Source of the DNA: Octopus bimaculoides
Taxonomy: Eukaryota
Reading direction: 5' to 3'
Length of the DNA stretch: 51,012 nucleotides
Assembly (NCBI RefSeq): GCF_001194135.2
Contig: NC_068982.1
Span: forward strand, 52,602,856-52,653,867
Notes under the pieces: generated by a model
What the model was told of the DNA's origin: nothing
What the model saw: the letters and a program-made list of their open reading frames with translations, nothing else
The model's database searches: none
Program-made: the position numbers and the translations under genes
Shown: piece by piece, positions 1 through 12,874 of the stretch
Layout: each line of letters begins with the position of its first letter
Position numbering within the stretch: the stretch's first letter is position 1

Positions 1-307
1 ATATATATATATATATATATATAAAATATAGTGGTATACAATATGGCAGGGATAGAATATTTCTTGAAAGCATTCTGTATACTAAACACGAATGCGGTAA
101 AGGCTCACAGATGTAATATAAGGAGTGGAAAAACTTCGATCATCTAAGATTATCCAGGCAATTAAATGGTAATATTTCACAGTGTGGTTATTTAAGAACA
201 ACAAATAAGGGCAGCAGTAACTCTAGTAAGATCAGTTAATTGAAGTTGTGATTGAAGTTTATGAAATAACTTCTTGCGGAATGTTAAATTAACCCCCGGA
301 ATTGTCA

Positions 308-450
308 GTTGATTATATAAAATCTTAAGTTACATTCTAGCAGTATATGTGAGTAACGATCTGATTGGTTATATATAATTTTAAGTTACGTTCAAGTAGC
401 ATTAAATATTAAGGATTAATCGGTCGGTTATATATAATCTTAAGTCACGT
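308..450. repeat. Diverged tandem repeat, ~56-59 bp period, 3 copies
   Basis: Core (g)gttatatataatcttaagttac recurs with ttatata at 313, 369 and 428. Confidence 0.7.
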
Positions 451-1225
451 CGTAGTGGTATATAAGATTAACCATCAGATTAATAAGTTGGTTGTATGTT
501 ATCTCCAGAGTTCTAACTACCGGTTTAAGCAATCAGATTCATGAAATCTTTTAATTCGCATTTACTGCTTGCTTTGTTTTAAGACCAAGTACTTTGCACC
601 TGAAGAGTTTATCGCTCGTCTAATTGTAAACTCAAATTGTATTATAAACAATTTAAAAACACCCAATGAAACCTTTTATATATTTAATTTATAAAAAAAT
701 TTACATAATCAATTACTCAAGAAAAATTCATTCACATGTACTCGATACGCGACAAAGCTTGTAACTACTACATATATGGTATATTTGCAATATGTTAAAA
801 ATCAACATGAGCTACAATTCTGTAATCAACTGATAAGATAATGGTACCGTGAATTTCCAAAACTAAGAGAAATAGGAAAATTATAAATTTAAGGTTTTCT
901 AAGAAGAACTGGTGATATAAGTGAAGCGGTTGCAACTGTGAATCAAAATCAAATAGGTTGTCTATCTGCATTGAGGGTTTAACACGCTCCAGAAACAAAT
1001 ATCTTTTATAGAGGTATGAAACATTTCAGAAGGATTGCGATACAGGAAAGGTCAACACATACCGAGAGGATTAAAACATAAATTGATTTCAAAAATGTTT
1101 CAGGAACCTGATATCTTGATTCAAGAAGCTGAGAGCGTATATTTTACTAAAACATGTTCGATATTTACTTAACAAAAACGGATTTTTTTGATTTTATTTT
1201 TCTCGTACCTGTCTCGGATTTATAG

Positions 1226-1419
1226 ACAGAAATGATCTTCTATGGCGTTCATGCATTTCTTGCAAGCATTGGTTTGTCAGTGACAATTTTCCTTTCGTTG
1301 CGGCCATCTTGAATGTTATCATCGGAGTTATTGTTGTTTTTGCTGATCGTTTGTTCAGCTACCAGAGGTTACACCGCAGATATATTAAGCCTCGACATTT
1401 AATATGTATCACACAATAG
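1226..1419 (+). CDS. Possible terminal coding exon (TM helix followed by basic tail), unidentified
   Basis: T-rich tract and tatag acceptor at 1225; 63 open codons RNDLLWRSCISCKHWFVSDNFPFVAAILNVIIGVIVVFADRLFSYQRLHRRYIKPRHLICITQ*; no homology recognised. Confidence 0.2.
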
Positions 1420-1981
1420 ATGACAAAAAAAAAAAAAAGATTAAGTTGACAAATTACGTTTCAAACCATAATTATACATCAGCTTCTTAGAGAAATTGAA
1501 GAAGTGAGATTTTTTCTCCGTAAAGATTATAATCTCTGTGGTTGATATTTAGACAGAGGTCAGGCTTGATCCAGCAGACATTTTAATCATAAATTTTCCA
1601 TCTTTTATTCATGCAAAATGTATCTAGGACTGCTTTATCTAATGTGTTCTTCGTTTCATAATACATGCGATTTTAGGGGGTATTTATTGTTATTTTTATA
1701 AAGTCGAGCGACCACTTAAACACTCTTAGTTGACTCGTACTTCTATATTTGCTATTGATATTGTTGTTTAGGAACATATCAAGCTTGATAGGGACCTGTG
1801 ACTAAATAGATTCCAGACATTATTATTCTGTATTATTTTATATATAGAACTACATTGTCCAACGTGTCATTTCTGTAAGACGGCCGAGCGTGAGATAAGG
1901 GAATTTGGCTGTGATTTTTTGTTCGTCAAACGACTTTGTAAGGGCATTCTCGATGTTTTTTTTATAGTGAATTAATTCACA

Positions 1982-1996
1982 GAGAAAGAGATAGAT

Positions 1997-2091
<95 letters not shown>

Positions 2092-2116
2092 GAGATAGAG
2101 AGATAGAGAGAGAGAC
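1982..2116 (+). repeat. (GA)n microsatellite
   Basis: Direct reading. Confidence 0.95.
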
Positions 2117-2944
2117 TGAGAGATCCAAGGAATAATATATTCCCCACAACAAATATGAGTTTGCTGGAGCTGGTAAGTTACCGTATTTTCCGGCGTACGA
2201 GTCGACGTAGAATATAGTGTAAATATGTAGTGTAAACATTCAGACATCGACACAGTCTTTCCATATCCTGCTGAATTCACACGGAAATTTTGATCTTACA
2301 AAGTCTTTTTTATGTATAATTCGAACTACCTTTTTTAGATGTAGATTTTGGTCTGAGATATTTGACTGTATGTGTTTTCTGCTTTCATTACAGCATCTCT
2401 TCATTTTTTGTGCCGGCTCTGTGCATTGGAAATCTTGTGGATCAACAGTGTACATCAAGGACGCACTTACTTTTACAGTCTCTTTACTATCTACAATAGT
2501 GCTTCTCAAAATGTAATCGACTTTCCTCTTTCCTCAATATTACTGACTTTGTGCCAAAATTAGAGACAAAAAAATATTAGTAACCGAAATATTGTTTCAT
2601 TCCATATTATATTGAGATACTGATGAAATGACTTAATTTGCAGTTAGTCTTTTAATGACAAAAGGCATTGTCGTCGGTAACAATCTTTTTTTGTGGTGTA
2701 TTAAATTTTGATGAAACGTAGCAAGGGCACATTGAAAAGTACTAGCAAGAGATAAGGGAGCAATAGTTAAAAGTAGTTAGGGAAACACTGGTTTATAGCA
2801 ACTGCCCCATCTCTCTCTCTCTCACCCTCTCTCTCCATGGTACCTATTTGAGCCCCCAGAAAGGGGTAGATTTTATTTAGCTTTAACTATCGGTACGGTA
2901 TCTAGTAATGTTTAACGTGTTGCCATTGATATTTCGACTAATCA

Positions 2945-3107
2945 GGCTGCGAGTTGGTAGAATTTTTTGCACGCCGGGCGAAATGCTTAGAAGTATTTCG
3001 TGTGCTGCTACGTTCTGAGTTCAAATTCCGCTGAGGTCTACTTTGCTTTAATCGACTAGTTCCCTCCTTCCAAATTTCAGGTCTTGTGCCTATAGTAGAA
3101 AGGACAT
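2945..3107 (+). mobile_element. SINE family A (octopus-type tRNA-derived), internally deleted
   Basis: gcacgccgggcgaaatgcttag...tacgttctgagttcaaattccgctgaggtc...ttgtgcctatagtagaaagg matches the well-preserved copy at 48729. Confidence 0.85.
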
Positions 3108-4444
3108 TACTACTGCTAATTTTACTCTTATTCGTACAAATATTATTATAGTTGTATGTAATATAATTTGCGCTGTTTTTACTGTCTTTGTTGTTATTTT
3201 TATTGCTTTTGTAGCTATTCTTATTTCAGCTGATACAATAACCGTAGAATAGAGTGACGTTATTGTTGTTGTTAATGTCGTTGCAATTTCTGTTATTTAT
3301 ATTGCAACTAATCTGATTTCGATTGCCAGAATAATTGCATATATTACCATTAATGTCAGTCTTATTCTTACTGCTGGTGGTGCTAGTGGTGCTGGTACTA
3401 CTACTGCTGCTGCTGCTACTATCATCATCACAGTTTCCCATATCTATAAGCAATAATTCTCATGGCGATGTTGTTGCAATTGTACTGATTTTGTTGCTAT
3501 TGCTGTCTTTTTTCTCCCCTTTCTGTTGCTGTTTTGTTTTGCTCTAACATTTGGAGTTCAAGTTCGGCCGGAGTCGATATTTGCCGTTCATCTCTCTTTC
3601 TGGGGATCTATAAAGCAAATAGTAGATATGTGCTTGAACTGATTTAATCCATTATAGTCTTCTCCACTCGAAATGTTTGGCCTTGGACATATACGTTTTA
3701 TTGTCATTATTGTTTTATTCTCATTAAATTATAGCTGCGTGTAACATCTCATAATAGTGAAGTTACAGTTGCTTCTACTGTTACTGATATTGCTGATGCT
3801 GTTGCTGTTTCTACACCGTAGCAACAGATAAATATAAAGATTTTGATGCTGTTATTAAGCTCTGTGTTGCTAACATTGTACGATCAGAAACCTCATGAGA
3901 AGAGGCATTTTAACTGCTTCTATTTGGCCCTTTGATGGTGGATATTTTTGGGATTACGCTATGCGAGGTATGCTAAAAAGTTCCTGGTTTGGGGTAAAAG
4001 AAAATACAGGAGGATCAGTTAATTATGATTTTATTCAACATATTTCCCTCTCAGATTCACACACTTATTGCAGTGGTCCTTCAGTTTTTCTAAGTCATGT
4101 AAAAGAACTCAGAAGGTTGGGCCTCCAACCAAACCTTTCGTGAGATCCTTAAAGCCAGGAATGTTTCAGCACTTCTCGTATAATATGACATTTTAATTTT
4201 TTTCTCAGGACTGTGAAGTATGATTTGAGGAAAATTTGATTGCTATTTTTAGCAGATCGACCGATCATAACTTTTTGATTTTTTTCTTCCTTTAAGGAAC
4301 AACTCCCGTAATTTTCAAAATAAGGAACATGCTTTTGAGAGAAATTCATTCCTTTCTCGGGATCCTTACCGCATATTTCATATGGTTTAAATATGGTTCT
4401 CAACTGAGTCCATATGAGCCCTGGGAGGTCAATGTAAGACTTTG

Positions 4445-4730
4445 GAGGGTCCAAGCAAGCGGAATAACAAATTGAGGATCCAAGTAGTATTTTAAGTGTC
4501 CATGAAAAAATTTTTCTATTGATGCATATATTGCACGAAACAGCTAGGTTTCTTTCTCTAACATTTTATATAATTCAACTTACACAAGTTAATGTGTGAA
4601 AAACAAAAAAGAGATTTTGATAGGAGTTTCCATAAAACTAGTTTGTTAACATTGAATGGCTATTGGGGTCCAGCCGAATGAAACAGTAATCACAGGGGTT
4701 TCATATGCAAAAAATTGTTGAAAATCACTG
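4445..4730. mobile_element. hAT/Charlie-like non-autonomous element, right-end fragment
   Basis: Ends aaaattgttgaaaatcactg, resembling Charlie-type TIR (cagtggttttcaac); internal ggggtcc motifs; left TIR and TSD not convincing. Confidence 0.35.
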
Positions 4731-4874
4731 GTTTAAATGGCTGATATCAAATTGAATCTAACTTGTTTCATTTCTGTGACAGCTACATTCGCTTCAATAA
4801 CTAGAAAAGTTTTATCCGTGATTGGTTCTTCAATCCTTAAAAAGGCCTGAAAGCTTTAAAAACCTGAAATTTTG

Positions 4875-5041
4875 GAGAAGGGAGCTAGTCAGTTACATTG
4901 ATCCCACTGCTAAACTGATACTTATTTTATCGACAATGAAATGATGAAATGTAAAGTCGCCTTCGGAGGAATTCGAACTCAGAACGTAAATCCGAAAAAA
5001 ATGCCGTTACACATTTTGTCCAGTGCGCTAACGATTCTGCC
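4875..5041 (-). mobile_element. SINE family A
   Basis: Reverse complement reads ggcagaatcgttagcgcactggacaaaatg...tacgttctgagttcgaattcc...gtcgataaaataag. Confidence 0.85.
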
Positions 5042-5169
5042 ATTTTTTCACCATCAATGCCTTACAATTAATTAAAAATTCATTTGAATGGAAAACTAAA
5101 TATCGTCTGCTTCAGTTCATTACAACACTTCTACTGTATATATTTGTGATATTAACTCTGATAATTGAC

Positions 5170-5350
5170 AAGTACTTTAGTTCATCGACCCCGAAATGAT
5201 GTAAGCCAAAGTTAGTTTTGATGAGATTTAAGTGCGAATCATAAAGATGCAGAAGAAATACCGCAAAATATTGTTTCGTTTCGACGAACAAACAATTCCA
5301 CCAATTTTGCTGATTTACGTTTCTGTCACGAAGAATTGAACTCGCTAACC
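5170..5350 (-). mobile_element. SINE family A, degraded fragment
   Basis: Reverse complement contains ggggtcgatgaactaaagtac and a head-like gttagcgag. Confidence 0.55.
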
Positions 5351-5404
5351 CTTCAATTGAATATTTCCACTTGATTCTTTACATTAGGCGATATGAATAA
5401 GCGC

Positions 5405-5822
5405 GATCATGGCTCTATGGTTAAGAAGCTCGCTTTGCAGCCATGTGGTTTCGGATTCAGTTCCACAGCACAACACCTTGGGCAAGTGTCTTCTACCGTA
5501 ACCTCTGCCGACTTGTAACTTGTGAGTGAATTTTGTGAACAGAAACTGTGTGGAAGCCTGTCACACACACACGAACACACACACACATACGCATGTACAT
5601 AATTTATGTGAGTGTCTTTGTGTCTGTCTTCGTTCCCTCGCCGCTTGACTACTGGTGTTGGTTTGTTTACGTCCCCGTAACTTAACGATTCAGCATAAAT
5701 GACCGATAGAATAAGTACCAAACTTAAAAAGGGAAAAGAAGGACTGGGGACGATTCATTCGAGTAAAACCATTCAAGGCGGTACTCCAGCCTGGCCACAG
5801 CACAATGTCTAAAACATGAAGA
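5405..5822 (+). mobile_element. SINE family C (tRNA head, internal microsatellite, ccccgtaacttagcggtt 3' part)
   Basis: ggttaagaagctcgc...caccttgggcaagtgtcttctac...gtccccgtaacttaacgattcagc...aaggcggtactccagc; matches copies at 23445, 26748, 43396, 46208. Confidence 0.85.
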
Positions 5823-6246
5823 CAGAAGAAAATACAGACAGACAGGCATCGTACGCTATAGTGCAGAATTTAATTAATTGTTTGAAATTTCTTGATGCTA
5901 TTCAAGATATTATTAAGTAAGAAATTTCCCTGTTTGTCGTTGTAGATGTTGCTCTTTTTTGACGTGACTCATAAGAAGATAATCTGATGCTTTTAAATTC
6001 CATAAAATCCCTCAAGTATAAGCTCTCAGATGAACTTATCTATGATTGTTAGCACCCAACCAACAAACTGTGTCTTGCTTCCATATCCTCATCTTGCCAG
6101 TTTTACTAATTCTCATTCACTTAAACACTTAAATATCACACACAAGAATATATTTCCTTTCTTTCTCTAAAATGAACCTAGTCTAACATGAAATTAATGA
6201 CATTGATCTCTTCTTCTCTCTTTTTCACCCTCTTTCTCTCCATTTA

Positions 6247-6289
<43 letters not shown>

Positions 6290-6387
6290 NNNNNNNNNNN
6301 NNNNNNNNNNNNNNNNNNNNNNNNNNNNNNNNNNNNNNNNNNNNNNNNNNNNNNNNNNNNNNNNNNNNNNNNNNNNNNNNNNNNNNN
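6290..6387. other. Assembly gap (N run) within (TA)n; other gaps at 17497-18203, 25546-25555, 40453-41144, 42250-42857, 46350-47120
   Basis: N characters. Confidence 1.
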
Positions 6388-6443
6388 TATATATATACAT
6401 ATATATATATAATATAAAATATCAAATACTTATATGCTATGTA

Positions 6444-6523
<80 letters not shown>

Positions 6524-6549
6524 AGAAGAAGAAGAAGAAGAAGAAGAAA
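6444..6549 (+). repeat. (TATC)n followed by (GAA)n microsatellite
   Basis: Direct reading. Confidence 0.95.
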
Positions 6550-7000
6550 CTGCATAGATTATAGCCTTCTACTCGTCATCCTTAGAGTAGTTAATAAGCA
6601 TTGTTCTGGCATATGGAACATTACTAGAAAGTTAGAACTTGTAACTGTTGCGTTAGTAACAGGTTATAAATCGATAGCCTATGTAAATAATAGACTCCTC
6701 AAGATGTTAGAAAGTTGTTTTGTAAGGAAGAGAAATAAGTAGGGATGAAATTTGATGTGTTTGGAAAACGGTAATTAATGAACATGTAAAATACAGAGTA
6801 ATTACTCAGCAGTAAAAGTCACATTAATCATCGACTTTAGGATGCTCTGAATGGTTTATCAATGGTTTATAATTATTGTGTAGGTAGACACACTACGTGC
6901 ATAAGCATGATTGTGTAGTTAAAAGGTCCCCTTAGTATCAGTGTGGTTTATGTTCGATCTCGCACTGTCCAGCACCTTGAACAACTATCTCGTACCACAG

Positions 7001-7205
7001 AGGCGCATAGCCTAGTGGTCAAGGTGTAATCAAGATCGCAAGATCGTGGTTACGATTCCTGGACCGGGTGAAGCGTTGTGTTCTTGAGGAAGACACTTCA
7101 TTTTAAGTTGCTGCAGTCTACTCAGCTGTATGTGAGTAACCTTGCGACAGACCGACATCCCGTTCACGGGAGATGCCGTAACCTGGGCCCTGTCAATCCT
7201 TAGAC
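7001..7205 (+). mobile_element. SINE family B (tRNA head, ttgctccagtccactcagctg core)
   Basis: ggcgcatagcctagtggtcaagg...cgattcctggaccggg...gttgtgttcttgag...ctcagctg; matches 10619, 21333, 34866, 43793. Confidence 0.8.
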
Positions 7206-7567
7206 TTGAGTCAGTAATGGTCAAGGGTTACTGATGCTGGTGATGACCACAAAATCAGGTCCACCAAAGTTTTCTGAGTGAAGTTTGGTAAATACAAACT
7301 GTATGGAATCCTGGCGCATGAAATGAGAACGTGTAATGACTCACAGGTAATGAAGCGAACATGCAACCGGAAGTACGATAGTTCGTGCCCTGTATGCAGC
7401 ACAGTGTTATGACTATGTCGGAAAATATTGATATGAAGAAGGCAATAGCAGTCTCCCTTTTTAACAGAAGATTTCATAACAATTTCCTTTACATTCGCAT
7501 GAACTGTTGAAACACTTACACACCACTTGAATTTATACTTCCTCCCATTATCTATAAGTATAGATAA

Positions 7568-7772
7568 GGCAGCGAGCTGGTGGAACCGTTAGGAAGTCGG
7601 GCACAACTCTTAGTGGTATTTTTTCCGGCTCTATACATTCTAGGTTGAAATTCTGCTGACGTCAACTTGACTTTTATCCTTTCGGATGAAAGTACCAGTT
7701 TAGCCCTGGTGTCGATGTAATCAGCAGCCCCCTCTCACAAAATTTCAGACCTTGTGCCTATAGTAGAAAATT
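7568..7772 (+). mobile_element. SINE family A
   Basis: gcgagctggtggaaccgttagg...gtcgatgtaatc...ttgtgcctatagtagaaa. Confidence 0.8.
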
Positions 7773-9334
7773 ATCTATAAGTACAAAAACAGCCTGTTTG
7801 TGACAGTATTGTATTAAGGCACTATTTATGTTAACCATGTTCATTATAGTACTTTTTTGAGTGCTTGTGAAATAGTTTCTTTATTGAACTAACGTAAGGG
7901 CAAAATTTATGTAGAGAAAGGATCACGCTTGATATTACATCCTGATTGGAGGTAAAAATATAAATGATAAAAAAGTGTCTTGACGAGTGCAAATAGATTT
8001 CAGTCCCCTTTTTCCCCTTTTCTGGCAATATCGAGCATGTCTATCCCTATCATTTCATTTAATATTTATCTATGATAATTGAACGTTTCTCGGCGCAGTA
8101 GTTCCGTACAAGTTAAGGAAAACTATGTAACAACAATAATAGTATGAGGATTTAGTATGCTTTTGAGTGAAATTCAAATTTTAAATTTTAAATCGCTTCC
8201 AGTCTTCACACAATGCTGTCACTAATAACTATTAGATTTATTGAAATACGCTGATATTGTTAAGATCGAAAAAAAAAAAAAGGTAAAAAAATCCTTCGGC
8301 TAATGTTTCAATATTCAGCATTAAACTGGTTAAAAAAAGAAAATCTTTAATAAATTTGGTTCGCGATTTGTTGTCAAAGAATTCTGTCATGTGTCAAATA
8401 ATCCTGCAATAATAGACTTTGCTGGATTTTAGTTGATATCATTTTTTTTATCATGTCGCTAAAGCGTTGTTAAGTACTATTACACAATGTGTACAAAATT
8501 ATTGCTTTATTTGTTTAATCATTCTACCGAATTGACTTGAAGACATCCAGCTCTGAAGTCAATCTTATAATAAACACTCTACGTTGTTATAGCCGCTTCA
8601 TAACGGTACTCCGGGATTAGAGCTGTTCTTTCAGATAGACTACGAAACAAACACAAGTCTCACGCTCCAATTTAATATGTTCTAACGTTTCAACATAATG
8701 TTATGCTGATTCTGCTAGACTGCCAAGTAAGCAAAGCAAGTGTGTTCTGTCTGATTTGTGCTTGTCAATGATCCACAATGGATAAGCTGAAAGTTAATCT
8801 TTTGAAGTTAAATAAACTAAAATCCTCCTACACACTTAGTTGAGCTCCATAGTTGAGTATTAAGCTGGATTTTCAAACCACGTCCCCTGAACCTTGTTAG
8901 TCAGTATCCGAGCGATGATTACCACTTAATTTCACCTCTGCTTGTAAATTAAATTAAGTAATATTTGAATAGAATATGTATTATTTCATTAATGTCAAAT
9001 CACAAATGATAACAAGCAGCATAGAGTTGAAAGAAGTTCCTGCAGGTCGAGTCCGCAGTTTTGCGTTGATTCTTGCTTTGAGGGATTTTGCTTCAGTATC
9101 GATTTCTATGAAAGGCACGAATCAACAATGCAGCTTCACCATTTATTTCTCGCCAAAATCTCAAAACTTATATCCTATACAGAAAACTTGAGATTAGATT
9201 TTCTATGATTCTTCATTTGATGGCATGTTCATACTTTTACTAAATATTGTAGAAGGTTGGTAGATTGGCAAAAACGTTAGAGCATCGGAAAACTTCTTGT
9301 CTCATAAAGTTTACAAGAGAGGATCGAACGCAAG

Positions 9335-10470
9335 GTGGTCAAATTTTAAATGACCGAAAAATCAAAATATTGAAAGTTAGAAAGACCGAAAAATCAGGAT
9401 ACCAAATTAATGTTAAAAGGTATTTCTTTACAGTTTTAATGGGGAGTTTGTTTGAGAAATACGTATATTATGACATTTACTCGTATATTATAACATTTAC
9501 CTAAAATAAAAAATTAAAATTATATTGCAAGGATATGATACCGAAGGCATAAATGAAAACGTAAACAGATAAGTGAATATTTCCGTAGTTAACTTCTCTC
9601 GTCATAGAATATTTTCTCAGTATAAACATAAATTTACGAAGCGATCAAAGCACCAAATTTTGATTGATCAAAATTAGGTTTGTGCATTTGCACGTCTCTA
9701 TGTCTTTGTTTACATTCTTCTGCAGCTTAATACCAACATACAAACTTCTGCTAGATCCACTTCCTTCATTAACCCTGCAGGTTTTGTGTTAAGAACAACC
9801 CTTGGGATATCCTGTTGGATTATTACTATCTAAATGGGAGGGACGTGTAAAAAAAGTGCTCCATTCCGCAGTAAGAGATACCTGCGAAAATGTTGCTTCA
9901 CAAAAAGACTATAGTAAGCTTAACGTGCAAGATGATTGATCTGAGGAAGAAAAAGTACATAAAAATTATTATTAGTGGTGCTGCAAAAAAAAAAAAAGAA
10001 AAATAAAGAACATTGCGTAATTGCTAGAGGTCGAGCAATAAGTTAACTTTTAAATGGATAGCATATACTGACTGCCAAAATTCACAGAGCACAAACACTT
10101 TTCTGATGCAATTACAGTGACTGTTTCAGAGATCGTAGACGATGGTGGAAACGCAGGTAATAAATGAAGAAAATGCAAGAAATTCCCCCACCCCACAAAT
10201 CACTCAGCTTTATACGATTTCTTCCTCTCCCCACATAGTGGCATGTCTGCTTTCAAAACAGAAAATAAAATGAATTCAACATGTCCATATATACGACCCG
10301 CTTTGAAGCTGTAAATAAAAGTCTTCTCAAATAGTTTTTCATATTCTCCTTGAAAACATTTCAAAACTTTGGTATTCTAAATTTTAGGTCTTCCAAGCAT
10401 TCGATAGTCCAAGTTCTAAGTTTTAAAGCTTTCGGTATTCTCATTTTTCGGTCATTCGAAATTCGGCCTT
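9335..10470. mobile_element. Candidate non-autonomous DNA transposon with long imperfect inverted termini (MULE/foldback-like)
   Basis: 9349-9376 vs revcomp of 10429-10456 match 24/28; 9382-9405 vs revcomp of 10369-10392 match 20/24, in nested inverted order; no TSD seen. Confidence 0.45.
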
Positions 10471-10618
10471 CTGATCAGCACTCTCAGAAAAAAAAATTGC
10501 TTGTGGTATTGGTTCCATATTTTCAAGTTTTGAGCTCAAATCCCGTTGAAATAAACTTTGTGTTTCATCCTTTCAGGGTCGATAAAATAAAGTACTAGTC
10601 AAGTACAGTGTCGATTGT

Positions 10619-10870
10619 GGAGGCGCGCGTCTTAGTAGCTGAGGTGTTGCACTCATGATCGTAAGATTGTAGTGTCGATTCTTGGACAGGGCAACGCGTT
10701 GTGTTCTCGAATAAAACGCTTCATTTCACGTGTTACTCCAGTCCACTCAGCTGGCAAAAATGAATAATCCTGCGACGGGCTAGCACCTCGCCACCTGCGG
10801 ATAGTGTAAAGTATACGCCACAAAATCTGGGAAACCGGCCTCATTAGCTTAAAGCTCGGGAAAGACCTTT
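10619..10870 (+). mobile_element. SINE family B
   Basis: ggaggcgcgcgtcttagtagc...cactcatgatcgtaagattgtagtgtcgattc...ctccagtccactcagctggcaaaaatgaataatcctgcgacgg. Confidence 0.9.
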
Positions 10871-11424
10871 GATCTTTGACAGTGTTAATTAACTGTCTAC
10901 GCCCACCCAGCACCACACAATCACCAAAAGTTTTAAACTATATCAAGTAGTTGGAAGATAGTGGACTGGCAGAATCAGTAGATTGTCAGGGAAAGTATTT
11001 TTTCTGACTCTTTGCATGATGAGTTTGCCTTTCATATATCTTGGATAACAATCTCCTTTATGTTCTTAAAAAGTATGGTGCAAGTTGAGGAAATGTTGAT
11101 GCGATTTCTACGTGGTCATGTGACTACGTAAAGGCTCCCTTATTGGCCTGTATACTGTATAGTTATTCATGCTGCTGTTAATAACGTTTTGAAGGATGTC
11201 TTTATTTCTATTGCTTCATCTATTGTTGTTGTAACTATAGTTTTTTTATGGCTGTCGTTGCGTCTATTACTTTTAGTGTTGTTAAATCTCAGGTCAATCT
11301 TGATTAAGCAGGCTTATGATTGAAGGCAATCCAGCCGTGATCATACCGTTTACTTTTGTTTTGATTTCAGGCATAGTGTACTACAATTGCTTGGTGTATC
11401 ATATTCCTTTTAAAGACAGTAGAG

Positions 11425-11852
11425 TACAAGCGGCATTTCTTTCAGCTTTACGCCGAGGTTGACTTTGCCTTTCATCCTTTCGGAGTGGATAAAGTAAATA
11501 CCAGTTGAGCACTGGGGTCAATGTAATCGACTAGCCCTTCCCACCAAATTTTAAGCTTTGTGCCTAGAGTAGAAAAAAAGTTTAATAAATAAAAAGGAGA
11601 CAAAAGAATGTAATATGCAGACAGGTGGTGAGCTGGTAGAATCGTAATATGACAGAATCGTTAGCATACCGGGCAAAATGTTTAGTAGTATTTTGACCAT
11701 CTTTACGTTCTGAGTTCAAATCCCGCCAAGGTCAACTTAGCCTTTTATCCTCTCGGGATCGATAAAATTAAGTACCAGTTGAACACTGGGGTCGATGTAA
11801 ATGACTTAATCCTTTCGCCAAAATTGCTAGCCTTGTGCCAAAATTTGAAATC
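11425..11852 (+). mobile_element. Two tandem SINE family A copies (5'-truncated 11425-11575; near full-length 11625-11852)
   Basis: Each has cgccgaggt(t/c)gactttgcctttcatcc...gtaccagttga.cactggggtc.atgtaa. Confidence 0.9.
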
Positions 11853-12699
11853 AATTTGAGAACAGGATGTAGGAAGGTTTAGCTGCTATCTCTAGCAGGT
11901 CGAACAACCACGTAGAAGCTTCCTTTCTGACTCATTGCTCTTATGGTGATGCCGATGCTGATGGTTTGTCGATGTCTGTTATTAGAACTGGTGAAGTTAT
12001 TGCTGTTGTCGTTGTTGTTGTTGTTGCCGTTGTTGTAATCGAGTCACAAGCTACTTTTCAAGTTACATGCGCAGTCATCGTCATAGTCGTCATCGTCGTT
12101 GTTGTAGCTTATGTTGCTGTTTCTATAATTGCTTTTATGTATTTCGCTTCAAGTTAGCCCTGATCAAGCGCTGCTCTCTACTTCTATGCATAGACGTACA
12201 TCAAGGTCTACATTGACGAATACAACCTAATTTATTTCAAAAGTATAATTTCAAGGTGAGATCTAGCTACTATTTCTAACAGATCAACCAGCATTGTCGA
12301 GGCTCCGCCGTTTAGTTGAGTCGGTGGAGCACGTGAATCTGTTGCTGCTGTAGCGTTTGCTGTTTTGTTGTTGTTTCCATTGCAGATGATGTTGCTATTG
12401 TGCTTGAGTACTCATGTTTCTGTTATTTTTGCTGCAGCTGTTGTTGCTGTTGCTGCTGCGGTTACTGTCATCGTTGCTGCTGCTGCTGCTGCTGTTGATG
12501 CTGTCAGTTTTTATAAATCATTTTGTATGTTCATGTTGCTTCTATGGTTATTGCTGCTGTTGAAGCTGCTGGTGTTAAGGGCGGGGTGCAGCTTTGCATA
12601 AATTGCTATATTTCTATAATAAAACCACTCACATACACACGCGCGTATACGAGCACACGCACATACATATATGCATAAATACACACTCTTACACACGCA

Positions 12700-12824
12700 C
12701 ACACACAAATATGCATGTGCGTGTGAGTGTGAGTGTGCGTGTATGTGTATAAGTATTTATTTATATGCATGTATGTATGTTTGTAATTATGTACATGCAG
12801 ATACATATGCATGTTTATATGTAA

Positions 12825-12874
<50 letters not shown>

